Part shown: positions 1 to 11,419 of the stretch, piece after piece
Position numbering within the stretch: the stretch's first letter is position 1
How the letters are laid out: every line of letters begins with the position of its first letter
Notes under the pieces: model-generated
Databases searched by the model: none
What the model was told of the DNA's origin: nothing
The model's input: only the letters and a program-made list of their open reading frames with translations
Program-made: the position numbers and the translations under genes
NCBI RefSeq assembly: GCF_052425735.1
Contig: NC_135759.1
Span: 22,878,001 to 22,942,000, forward strand
DNA: 64,000 nucleotides
Direction of reading: 5' to 3'
Origin: Oculina patagonica
Lineage: Eukaryota

Positions 1-1662
1 AGTTACTGAAGCCAAAGAATTACAAATAATAGATCTAGAGGAAGATACAAGACAAATATTGCCATCGTTTAGGAATTCTTTAAGTTTTTTAACTTCTATC
101 AGTATATAAACCGTGTAAACTACAACACTGATTTAACGCATGGAAAAAAGAAAACAGTTCCTAAAAAAATGATTTCTTTCCTTGGGACTTAAAGTGAAGG
201 ATATCTGCTCGTGTCCTGATCGAACCCAAAAAATTTCCAGGTTAATATTCCTTCTCTTGTTTTCAAAATTCTTCTCGGTACTTTTTACTTGTCGAATTAG
301 AGCAAGACTAAACGACAGTTTCTAGCTAAAGCCCTTTAGATGTTTTTGCTCATGTAAAAAAGAACTTTAATTTATGGTTTGAGAATCATTGCTCAAGCCC
401 AAGCTTGTTGTGTTAGAAATGTTTTAAGGAGAAACTATTTCTAGTTAAGTGCGTCAACTTCTGCGAGCGTTTGTTTGTATTCGGCCAAGCATTTCAATTT
501 TCATTTTTCTTTTCTTTGTGCATGGCCCAGTTGTGTGGGCGGAAAATTTTACATTTCGTAAGCAACCACATGTAAAACTTTATTTTCTCTCGTGCCACAA
601 AGACTTTTCGCAAAGGACTTTTTTCCGTATATGCAACAAAATGGTCGGCCCACCTACTTGAGGTTCGACTCAGTACAGTGGTTTTTAACTCACTTGTTAT
701 CATTTTTAAAAAGACTCCTTATACGATTTACCTTGCAGTCCTGGCGTACTCTTGAAAGTAGGAACTGAATTTTATCAGGGTCTTCCTAATCCAATGCTCG
801 TACAGTACTTTTAGGTTTAATGCTGGATATTATATATATATAAAAGAACATTGACATAGGGAAATATTTAATTGAAGTTCATGGCCCAAATCAGTCTTAA
901 CTGAGGGTTTTCACTGCCGGACGTGTATCAGCGTACCTCTTAGAAACAGCTTCAACTCTCTTATTCTGTTAGGCTGAATAGGTACTGGGTATAAGATAAA
1001 GAGGCGAACACTCAGTGACTCTTAATGGCATGGGGATCTGGCATGGTTAGGTATAACTGAGTAAATCAATCTTTCATGATCAGTACTTGTTTATGCACAG
1101 ATTTCATGATTTTTCCTCCAGCCCACCGCATAGCTTGACTTTGTATTTATTCATACAGACCAAGGCAAAATAAAGTAAAAACAATATGGCCACGTTCTAG
1201 TTTACCTTACTCCCTAAGTCTCTACTAGACTTTGTACCCTAATTTTTGGGCCTAAAACAATTTGGTTTTGAACCAGATCGCCAACAGAAAATATGTCAAT
1301 ATCAGTAACAACATATAGAATGTAAAGCAACAAGAAAGGCATAAATATAAGTATTAAGATTTTCTATTCCGTCATATAGGTATTTTAATACCAGAAGGCC
1401 CTCGAATGATCGTGCGTGGCTTGGTAAATATCATAAAGCAAGCCAGTCTTCGGGAGACTACCATGGTACTATGAAAGGGAATTCTCACCATATAAACTAT
1501 AAATTTAAATTATTCCTACTAACCTACCTACTTACCCACCTACTTTAATTTTATGTAATATATAGGGTTTTAAAAAATTGTTGATATTAGTGACCCACTC
1601 AATATTGTAGAGATGTTTGTGGAAAAAATACACGGATTTACTCCCAACGAAAAAGAATACAG

Positions 1663-1855
1663 AACCCGCGTGTAGCCTAGCGCCGGTTGACCCGACCTGA
1701 GCACATCCTAGCAGCACGAGGTGAGACTGGGGGAGTGGACGGACTGGGACAAAATGAGAACGACAGAACTTCTGTACTGCCCTGGAAGAACCTGAGAACC
1801 ACAGCCACTGAGACCCCACGCCTGTGCCACTCTAAAATAGGTCTACACGCGGGTT
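1663..1855 (-). other. GC-rich ~190-bp module closed by a terminal inverted repeat; candidate structured RNA or small TIR element
   Basis: AACCCGCGTGTAG-CCTA (1663) vs TAGGTCTACACGCGGGTT (ends 1855) pair at 17/18 positions; interior is GC-rich within AT-rich flanks; internal stems pair best on the minus strand using G-U. Confidence 0.5.
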
Positions 1856-3142
1856 TTTACTGATTCTTTAAAACAGATTTAATCCTTTCCCCACCTCAGT
1901 TTGTTGTAACTATTATCGAGGGCAAGCAATCTTGAAAAGTGTATTCTAAACAAAAAACAAAATTAAAATTGAGTTGAGTTGAATTGTTCTCGTACACCAA
2001 TATGGCTGCGCGTGACATCAAACAAAACGCTTGTTCTCAGGCTATCAATAAAGCCACATTGACTTTAATAAGTGACTACAGGTCACGGTTTTACACCGTC
2101 CGTGAAGTGTTGCCAGATTTTAAAGAAAGAACTGACCCCAGAGATAATTGTGGCGTTCTATCACGGTCAAAAAGTATCAAAATTAAAAGAAATTTCTTAT
2201 AAGCGGCCTCCCCAGGAAGCAAAACGTGTTCCAATACAAAACGTCCTCTGGGAGTACCCAATAGAAAATACTTCTCAAATCACGATGGCGAAGCCGAAGA
2301 CAACGTGAAGGCCCTTTATTCTCACTACTAAGTAGATTTTTCTGATTGCACTATCAAATATAATGTGTGAAGAAGTGTTTCTTTTATTAAAAAAACATTT
2401 GAAGTTGAGGTGCAAGTTTTCAATAAAGTAGCCATCTAAAGTTCAAAGCTCTAAAATATATCTGCCTTGATTTACAAGAAGATACCTCATGAAAATTTAA
2501 CAAATGTATAAAGTCCGAATTTTTTTCTAAGAGTTCTAGAGATTATGTTGCGACTTTTCATGGAAGGTTACCCTTACTGATACATTGATCTCAATTTTAT
2601 AATGTTTGGATCTTTCCACCCCCACCCCCAACCCCTCCCTTCACCTTTTGTCAGTATAGCCCAGTCTCCAGAGTCTGCAGCTCGCCTTATCCAACGAACA
2701 TGTTGTACATGTGGTACATGTATTCTAGTTGCGCGCGCTGATTTTTCGTTGCACGTGCATTCTTCCGCTATTTGTGCATCAACTAACTCAAGTGCATTAC
2801 TACAGCATTCAAGTTTCAGAGTAGATTTAAACCAACACTTCCTGCAGAGAGTTGCGATTGCCATAAAACTTGCAGATACAAAACTTTAGTGCTCTGAGGC
2901 TCATTTCATGAAGTAAGAAAAAGCTCTGTCTTCTGGTTTTAAGATTATAGGATTTTTTTTTGTAAAAATTAGGTTTTTAAAGTATATTGATATCTCAAAC
3001 GTTTTTACAGCAACTAAGAGGACTTATATTAAGGGGGAGAGGGGGACTTATTTTCGGATGGATATTTCTCAAGACTGAGAAGACGCAATACACAGACACA
3101 CCATGATACCCAAATACCGTGATGTTGCGTTACATTTTACTG

Positions 3143-3150
3143 TGACGTCA
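3143..3150. promoter_or_regulatory. CRE/ATF palindrome TGACGTCA upstream of CDADC1
   Basis: Exact 8-bp palindrome ~300 bp upstream of the ATG; a GTAAGT donor at 3234 suggests a 5' UTR intron. Confidence 0.4.
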
Positions 3151-3447
3151 TAGACAGTGGACGTGTCCATTGATTGTGTATTTCGTCAGTCTTTTGTTTT
3201 AATACTTGCGGTCATTGTATTGAGTTCGAAGAAGTAAGTCTCTTCACGATCACGTTCTTTGTTGTTTATATTAAGTTTGTAGTGTGAATCTGCCTTTACA
3301 AGTTGTTATTCGAACGGCTAACAATACCTGTAAATGTTGAGATGTCGACAAATTGTATCTGCTGGTGGGATGAAAGCGAACGAAAGTGCTAGAACACTTG
3401 ACTGATCATGATTGCTTTGTAACGGGCTTCAAAATCGCTTGTTCAAA

Positions 3448-5127
3448 ATGAATCAAACAAGGACGCGAAGCTTCGCGAATTTTGTTAACACCATCTCTAA
3501 AACGGACCTGTATTCATGCTTGTCTCTGTGGATGGAAGAGAGTCCACTCGCGACAATATCGGGCTGCGATTTCGAAAGCCTGTCGGTCACCTGTAAAGAG
3601 TATAAAGATCAAGATGTGAATCTATTCGTCAACGAAGATACATGCTGCGATGTTGCTCAAGAAAATGGCCCTCTGAGAAAGAAGTTGAGGAGAAACAACT
3701 GTGTAATTGAAAAGGAAAAGGATGACCCGAAAAAACTAGATACATCGGGAAACGACGAGAGCAATTCAGCTTCGAATCATTTGGACTTCTCGACGGGTAG
3801 GAAAAAACAAGTTAAGGCCGGCTATTGTGGTGAGCCTCTAGCTAATTGTGTTGAAGGAAATGGTGTTGATGAGAAGAAAAAGCCGTCGAAAGGCTGTGTC
3901 TCAAGATTTAACAAGATCGGCGTAGTAATGGTCGATTCCCGTGAGAATATTGTAGCTGTAGATTGCTCGCGTGACGGGGTGCATGGCGTGACTGGCGTTT
4001 TGGTTGACTTCAGTGACCGCGCGACAAATTGCGTGATTTACGCTTCACGGAAGCCCTGCTCTTTGTGCACCAAACTTATGGTCCAAGCTGGGATTTCTAG
4101 AGTGTGTTATCTACCGTTTGAGCCGGAAAACCCTGACGAAAATGACCTGGAAAAGGTTGAAAAACTTTTCCGGATGAGCGAGATAGGGCAGTCTATTTAT
4201 GTACCAAACATTCAAAAAACAATTTTATTAGAAAGTGAAATCAAACGTTCACCATACGCCCCCAACAAGCTGTTTCACACAAATGTTCTTTTCACACTAC
4301 TGAATCGTTACTGGAGCGAAGAATGGAAAAGCAGAATCGCCCAGGAGCTCAAGTGGCCAGAATTCGACGAATGTAAACAACAAGTAGATCACAGCGTTCA
4401 AATTATGCTGGAATGGATTGCAAGAGTCACATTTGGAGACTTGCCCGATTCTGTTAGCTTTTACGAATGCGGAAACCCGAACAGTAACAAACCGAGCTCG
4501 GAATGCGCTCGTGACATTGTCGCCAACCAAGAGGATACTACGATCATTCCCGACCCCAACAATCCGCGTTGGCAGGAACTGGCTCGGCATATGTCGAGAA
4601 TGGCGAATATTTTGGCGCAGCATTCAAACGATCCGAAAAGGGGAGTCGGTGCAATAATCTTGCAACGGAACCAGATAGTATCTGCGTGTTGGAACGGCTA
4701 CCCTCCGAACGCCTGCTACGGAGATTTTCCGAGAGCTTCCCACATCGATGGCCCCTCGCCGACGAAAAAGTACGCTTTCTCGATTCATGCCGAACAAGCC
4801 GCGATCCTCGGTAGGAACACTCGGGACATTAGCGAAGCCTCGAGCACTCTGTTTGTCAGCAAGACTCCGTGCGATGAATGCGTTCCGCTTATTTTAAAAG
4901 CAGGAATCAAGAATGCAGTTTTTCCTCGGGACAATCGACAAAGAGACCCTGCCTGCCTTAAGTACATCCTGATTCAGAGAAGCATCGGGCTAGGGAGGTT
5001 AAAAGGCTTTGAAAGTCGTTTGTCTCTAGCTACACAGAGAGATTGTCAATCAGATAGTCCGGCTGTATTGCCAGCATCGCGACAGCTATGCTTCAACGAA
5101 GTGGATGGAAAAGGAACTCGTAACTGA
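3448..5127 (+). CDS. CDADC1: Cytidine and dCMP deaminase domain-containing protein 1 (two CDA domains), single-exon CDS, 559 aa
   Basis: First ATG at 3448 (AAAATG). N-domain KIGVVMVD..HGV..YASRKPCSLC; C-domain SNDPKRGVGA..WNGYP..HAEQAA..SKTPCDEC; N-terminal ISKTDLYSCLSLWMEESP matches the CDADC1 pattern; AATAAA at 5390. Confidence 0.9.
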   Translation: MNQTRTRSFANFVNTISKTDLYSCLSLWMEESPLATISGCDFESLSVTCKEYKDQDVNLFVNEDTCCDVAQENGPLRKKLRRNNCVIEKEKDDPKKLDTSGNDESNSASNHLDFSTGRKKQVKAGYCGEPLANCVEGNGVDEKKKPSKGCVSRFNKIGVVMVDSRENIVAVDCSRDGVHGVTGVLVDFSDRATNCVIYASRKPCSLCTKLMVQAGISRVCYLPFEPENPDENDLEKVEKLFRMSEIGQSIYVPNIQKTILLESEIKRSPYAPNKLFHTNVLFTLLNRYWSEEWKSRIAQELKWPEFDECKQQVDHSVQIMLEWIARVTFGDLPDSVSFYECGNPNSNKPSSECARDIVANQEDTTIIPDPNNPRWQELARHMSRMANILAQHSNDPKRGVGAIILQRNQIVSACWNGYPPNACYGDFPRASHIDGPSPTKKYAFSIHAEQAAILGRNTRDISEASSTLFVSKTPCDECVPLILKAGIKNAVFPRDNRQRDPACLKYILIQRSIGLGRLKGFESRLSLATQRDCQSDSPAVLPASRQLCFNEVDGKGTRN

Positions 5128-5137
5128 TACGACTAAG

Positions 5138-5240
5138 TACCTAATTACATGAAATTTTCGCGACACGTTAATTTTGCGAATTTCGCGATGAAAAAAATCG
5201 CGAAATTAACGTGTCGCGAAAATTTTCATGTAATAAGGTA
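5138..5240. mobile_element. Palindromic MITE (TA-bounded, Tc1/mariner-like) 10 bp after the CDADC1 stop
   Basis: TACCTAATTACATGAAATTTTCGCGACACGTTAATT ... AATTAACGTGTCGCGAAAATTTTCATGTAATAAGGTA, ~36-bp near-perfect inverted arms. Confidence 0.75.
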
Positions 5241-6556
5241 ACTGAAAGCAAGGCCCGGAGCGGATTACAAGGAGTGTTCATCTATGCCGCACCAATATAT
5301 ACCCAGATTAGGCTATTTTTAGCAACAGTACTCCAGACCGTCTTTCGTTTGATTCCGGATTTTCACCGAACTACTCGTTCACAACTTACAATAAATGTAA
5401 ATTTTATTGCGGTTTCCGAATATTTCTTGTTAGTGCTTATAATGTATTGATATAATCGTTAAAAATGGGATGATCAAAAGTCAAGATGAAGCAAAACCAC
5501 CGTCAGATCAATTCTAGTGAAATGTTTTATATCTCAATCTGGGCATACCTTGTCTCACAAAATATGAGAGATTTGCGCTAACGGTTTCCTCCAGAGTTAG
5601 CTATGCAGCTCGAGCGCATAAATCAGATCTCAGTGTGGGGATGATTGTTGCAATTGAGCGAAAATTAGCCGGGGGGAAGGGGGTAATATTATAAAGCTTA
5701 TGATGCAGTAAATACTGCAATAAGAAAATGCTTGGAAACGGAATGTGTGGCAATCTTGGAGACCCAGGGGAAGTTAGTCGGGGCGAAACAAATTTATTTC
5801 AATTTATTTTATTTCAGGACTCCTCCTGTTTCACTGAACTTTAGTAAACTAGCCGGGAAATTGATATTTACTGATAGGGAAAATAACAAACTTACAATCC
5901 ACGACGAAAGCTTCAAACGGCTTTACAATTATTTTTGCAAAAGAAACAGTAAAAACACACCATATGTGTAGGGTATTTGAATCACACTTTTGTCGTAGAT
6001 TGTTTTTTTTTTGGGGGGGGGGGGGGATTTATGTGCAAAAATAATACTACCAGGAGTGATATGTTTTTATGAAGATTTTATTGAATTAAAGACAATAACA
6101 CCCATCTGGCGATTTATATACAATCTGTAGGATCTATTAACTCTTATGATATATTACATCTTTAATGCACTACTAGTATATAGATTATTATGTTTTAACA
6201 GTGGGATGGTGCATACAGCATTACTGGAATATCCTGTTTAACAGGTTCTTCTCTATGTGATGGTCATAGACTAGAAAAAGTTCAATTCGGTTTAACATAA
6301 GTTTTACAGTAGTTGATCTTTTCTTTATATTATGTCTTTTACGTTGTTACACTCGCGAGTTGTTTAGTAGACAATTTTAACTGCGAAACCTACGGTACAG
6401 ATAACCGGATATATACTAAATAATTACTATGCGTACTTCGTTTCACCATAAAACCATAGTTTTTCTGAACTATGATAAAACTGAGAGCTTTGTGTCCTTA
6501 AAGTTTTTAGACTGCCCATATTCTGAACAGCTGAATTTTCATTTGAGTCTGGAATT

Positions 6557-9500
6557 CTATGGCGAGCGAGCGCTCGGGTTTTTAACGTACATTGGTACGT
6601 TGACAAACATGGAGCCTTTTGCTGTCGACGAACCAGTTCGCCTGCTGCGACGAAGTCTGATCCTCATCGGCGTGGACTCGACGATCGAGTATCGATCCGT
6701 CTTTTTGCGTTTCGATTTGCTCTGGCTAACTTCGTTTTCCGTTTCGTTGCGGCGTCGTTTCTTGGACGTAGACTTAGCGACAGAGTATTGATTATCTTGA
6801 AATCGGACGAGTTTGATTGGTGTTACTGTCTGTGGAGCCTTCCGACTGGAGCTCGGGGTTCTTCGGGATGGCGATGGAGTCCGTGTCTTTCTGCTCGGAG
6901 TTGTTCGTCGTGGCGAAGATGATGATTTTGTTGGTGTCTTCTTGTTCTTTCGGGGAGTTGATTTAGCAGCGATGGGAGACCGACTTCTGGTTCGTGATCT
7001 GAAAAGATAAAAAAGAAAGAGAGTTCTTTTTACTTTCCTGCAAGTGTTGTATATCTACTTTCGATCTATAATTTCGTAACACACTCCTTATTCCCACACA
7101 AAGTTGTAATGCTGCTAGATTGACCAAGAACAAAAATTATGTTTACTTCTGATCAGTTCCGCACAACATTAGCTTTCTGCCGATCACCATTTTTCTGCCC
7201 ATGTACTGGTCTACTACAGTCAACTCTCATTATAGCGGACACCTGGACCACATTTGTGTCCGCATGAGAAAGGCCTTAGTAGCGGGAGTTATTTTAGTAA
7301 TTCTTATTTTATTTGCTGGGACTTCAACTACTGTCCGTACTAACGGGGTGTCCGTATAGCGAGGTGTCCAAAAGGGGGAGTTGACTGACTATGAACGGCT
7401 GTTTTGCACTACGTTGGCTAACTAGCTATGACCATTGTTCTGTACATGTTTTAGTTTATTACCATTCAATGTACTGACTTACTATTTGATGAGATGTTCT
7501 TACTATATTGTCTTAGTTAGATCTCTTGTTTAGTAGGTGCATTGATTTACTACCGATCACTTCTTCTACGCATGCATTGGCTTACTACTGATCAGCTCGG
7601 TTCTCACTACATTGGCTATAACACTACCAATCAATTGTTCGGTGCATGCATTGTTTTTACTACTGAAAACTTGTTCTACCATGTACTGGTTACTACCTAG
7701 ACATGCTTCAAGTCGACCTCTTACGAAACCAACCTACTACCAGTTTGTACTACCGGTCACTTAACTGTTCTGTACTTACGATTCTACAAGTTTTGTGCCT
7801 ACCTTGTTACACGCGTTGCTTTCGAGGCTGCAGCAGCTCTCCTCCTCCTCATTTCATCTTCAAACTCTTTCAGACTCTTTCCTCTGCCAATAAGCCTGTC
7901 CAATTCCGCGTAGGTTCCTTTCCGCGAGGCCACCAACTTGTGTTGTTTACTGGCGACATGTTTCTCCATCCCCACGTAATGCGCATCACACAGTTCACAG
8001 TAGCCGGCTTTCTTGTCAGTACTCCCCGTCGACTGCTGTTTGGTTTTACCCTTGCCACCCCTCCGTGGACTCTTAGATGAACTTCGCGACCTTGTACGCA
8101 TGCTTACGGGTTCGTCGAATGGTGAAAAGCCGGGTGGAGCATCTAAGTTGAGGCGAGGCCAGACATTCAGTTCTTTGACAAGCGGCTTGTACTGTCTGTT
8201 GAGAGGGAAATTAAAAACCATTAGTAGTGACCAATCATTTCATTGACAAATGACTCAAATTTGTACTTAAGGGCAAAGCGTTCTCCTATCAAAACTGTGT
8301 TTTCTTAAAATGCATATGAAGCAATTTTATAATGCATATTTTTAATAACTTTGAAAAGGAAAGAAAATATATTGACGATTTTATAACCCTTGAGTTTGAA
8401 TGAGTTAGACTCATTCAAGTTTTAAAAGAAATCCAGTTGATTGCTTGCACGAGGTATATAGAAGATTTGAAGCATTATAAATTATGACAGAAGCCGCATA
8501 ATATGCTTCTGATTATGATAACTGATCTCTTGATATAGTAGAGTTCAACTAAGTGACAGATTGAATTTTATTTCATGCAAGGAATCTCTCATTCATCGAG
8601 GTCGATATCAAAAAACTCGTTTTCCAAGGCTGCACTTGGATTTCTTTCCTGCAGTGGATAGCAGCCAACCCTCAATCCTGAAAAGTTACTTCTCTTAACT
8701 TTTTTAGACCTTTTTATAAATTCGAGCTGAATTGTAGGACCTCATCGTCTCGTAAGGCACGTCTTAATTTATAGCTCAAGTTGACTCTAGCCTCCAGAGA
8801 CAAAGTACAAAAAAGTTACAAAACCAGTAAGTTGGCGTTCTTAAAATTGTGTTATGCTCTTACCGACTGTGATCTTCCACTTTAAGGAAAGCTCCTCTGA
8901 GGCTGCAAACGCGGCCAGTTGGCTCGGCGGAAGCTTGGCGTTTCTTCTGCGCATCAATCCATTTCAGAACCTGTTCGACCGGTTTGACTTGAATCCCCCA
9001 CTTTTCTGCATTGGTCAGGACGTCTGTACTCTTGGCTGCTTGTTTCTGATGTTTTACGGACTTTTGGAGTATGGCTTGGGCACGAGTTTGCTAAAAGAAA
9101 AAAAAAGCATCGTGAGTTCACGTACGTTTTGATAGAATTCGACAGGAATGTGTTTGTACTCACTCAGCCAATGAGATAGAGCGGTTTTCACTCGAGGATC
9201 GAAAGTAATTCGCGTTTGCTTTGCTTTTGCATTACTAGTCTTAGTGGTTGGTTTAAAAAACTCGCGCCACATCACATTCCCATCCAATCAGAAGTAAAAT
9301 CAAAACTAATCGTGACTCACTCACACTTGTTTTCCAACGTTTTGTGCTTGATACACGCGTTCGCTTCGAGTTTTAAATGGTCCACTGGATTGTCTGAGTC
9401 CTCTGTGATTGGCCAGAGTGATAACTTTTGTTTTGGTTTAACGACACACAATTGAAAACCTTTCTATACACAAAGCTAAAACTGATCACGATTGAGTTTA

Positions 9501-11319
9501 CAGTCGACTTTTCCCTTTCTTGGTGCGGAATTTCGCTTCGAGATCTGATTGGCTCACTTCACGATTTCTTGTCATAGTGATTGGCTAAGTAAATTTGCTT
9601 CTAGGTTTACGATAGGCATTTAAAATAACTTATCTCGGCTTTGAGTAAACAACTAGAACATTAGAAAAGAAAAAACTCTTGGATCTGATAAAAATCAGGG
9701 AGATAAAAGCAAATCTACGCTATAAAATGAGTTGAATGGTCCACTGGATTGTCTGTGTCCTCTGGATTGGCCAGAGTGATAACTTTGGTTTTGGTTTAAC
9801 GACACACAATTGAAAACCGCTCTATACACAAAGCTAAAACCGATCACGATTGGGATTACAGTCGACTTTTCCCGTTCTTGTTACGGGTTTTCGCTTAGAG
9901 ATCTGATTGGCTCACTTCACGATTACTCGCCATAGTGATTGGCTAAGTGATTTTGCTTCTAGGTTACGCATGATAGGCATTTAAAACAACTTATGCTTGG
10001 AGTAAACAACTAGAACCTTAGAAAAAAGAAAACTCTTGAATCTGATAAAATGCAGAGAGATAAAAGAAGATCTACGCTAAAAATGAGCCTAAATGAACTC
10101 GCTTGTTTACCGTATTACAGAATATGATAAATGTACTTACTCCACGAAGTCCTGATAGAGCGAGGTTCGTAGTTTGTTTCGTTTGAGATGTTGAGCGCGT
10201 AGAAGCTATTGGTTGATCTGTAACAACACAGGACAGTTCCTTACTCAGAAATTTCTCGACGACCTGCAAGAGAAGAAATACAAAGAAATTAGAAACAAAT
10301 TGCTCGCAGGACTTTCATAAAAAATAGTTAGCATAAACCAGAGACCGACTATTAGGCAAACCCGCAATCTGTTTGGCTACGCAAAAACTGCCTTGGGAGC
10401 GCGCGCAAGTAAAATTGCCGAAATCACAAAACAAAACTATAAATTAATCACTTTCACTGAACTTTTTTTTGTAAAGATCATTTCTGGGTTACACTAAAAC
10501 AATCAGACAGCTCGCGTCTGCGTCCTCGCCAACTATCAGCCGACAGAAACCTCGAGCTTGCCGTCTAATTGTTAAATATTCCGTCCCCAGAAACCTGGAA
10601 TTCGTTCTCTGACATGTAAAAGTGGTAGCGTCAAATCAAATACATCTACTCACACCACTACACTAGTTAGTAATCATGTCAAACACGTCTACTCACCCCT
10701 CCCAGTTCTTTAAGTTTCTTCTCCAGTTCCCGCGCTTTGCTCGCTGACTGTATGTGAAGAAAAAACGACTTGCCCTGGAGCGGAGCAGGGGCATAATCCA
10801 AACGTCGGCGACTTCGGGACTCTGGAGCTAGGGGAAAAGAAGGAAAAAATAAACATTTCATTATAACACAGTATAAGTAGAGGAAAATATAAAATCTAAA
10901 GTAAACTTTGTCATGTTTCTTTGTCTTAGTTAATTCAAGCACCTGTACCCATCTAAACTGCGTGAAAAACAAGTTGCAACTTGAAAACACGTATGCTAAA
11001 TGTTACCGCTTTAATCACGTTGGCTCACCTTTTCCACCTTTTCCCAGCAATTTCTTACTATATTGAACTTACGACAGTTACGATTGAAGGACAAGATCGA
11101 AAAGTGAAAATATGGTCCTTTCAGTGTGTTTTATATATCCTTTCGAATTACTGTGGTACATTCATCGAAACCTACAGAACCTAAACAGAACCCACGTGCC
11201 TTTAACAAGGAAACCACTTTGTAAAAGGGTTTTGATACTTTGTAGTAAGACTTACTTTTTTCCCTTGATTTTGCCCCCGGGGATCTTGTTCTCCTAGTTC
11301 CTTTAGATCTGGGACTCAT
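6557..11319 (-). CDS. DBF4: DBF4 (Cdc7 kinase activator, ASK/chiffon family), 6 exons, 459 aa
   Basis: Exons 11319-11256, 10827-10697, 10263-10141, 9090-8864, 8195-7803, 6998-6557; all GT-AG, phases consistent, 1380 nt. Motif N (PLQGKSFFLH..LKELGGVVEKFLSKELSCVV; NAEKWGI), motif M (AFLKVEDHSRQYKPL..SPFD), motif C zinc finger (GYCELCDAHY..HVASKQH); AATAAA on minus at 6077-6082. Confidence 0.9.
7140..7790. repeat. Degenerate ~35-bp minisatellite in DBF4 intron 5
   Basis: Recurring TGCATTG(G/A)(C/T)TTACTAC(C/T)GATCA..TTGTTCT units, clearest at 7538-7700. Confidence 0.6.
7217..7387. mobile_element. Tc1/pogo-type MITE inserted in the minisatellite
   Basis: TA|CAGTCAACTC ... GAGTTGACTG termini with internal GGACAC/GTGTCC subterminal repeats; a structurally similar element lies at ~60944-61119. 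Confidence 0.6.
9177..9466 (+). mobile_element. Abundant MITE family, TAGAGCGGTTTTCA...TGAAAACCGCTCTA termini
   Basis: Same family at 56626-56894 (+), 61184-61468 (-), diverged at ~14826-15165 and partial at ~60152-60300. Confidence 0.75.
9376..10087. repeat. Tandem duplication, ~359-bp unit x2, DBF4 intron 3
   Basis: Units start AATGGTCCACTGGATTGTCTG at 9376 and 9735 and end ATCTACGCTA(T)AAAATGAG; includes the 3' end of the MITE. Confidence 0.85.
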
Positions 11320-11419
11320 GCTACTGTATCTAACTTCTTCTGTGTCTTACTCTGCAGTCACTCTCTCTTGTTGCTGTCTTTACAATACTGATCTGTTTAC
11401 ATTGAAGTTATTGCCACTT

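Noticed and set aside
3412-3447. TTG start given by the ORF track for CDADC1
   Set aside because: Eukaryotic gene; the first in-frame ATG in good context is at 3448
6429-8246. Plus-strand ORFs of 65-125 aa
   Set aside because: Antisense shadows of DBF4 exons 5-6
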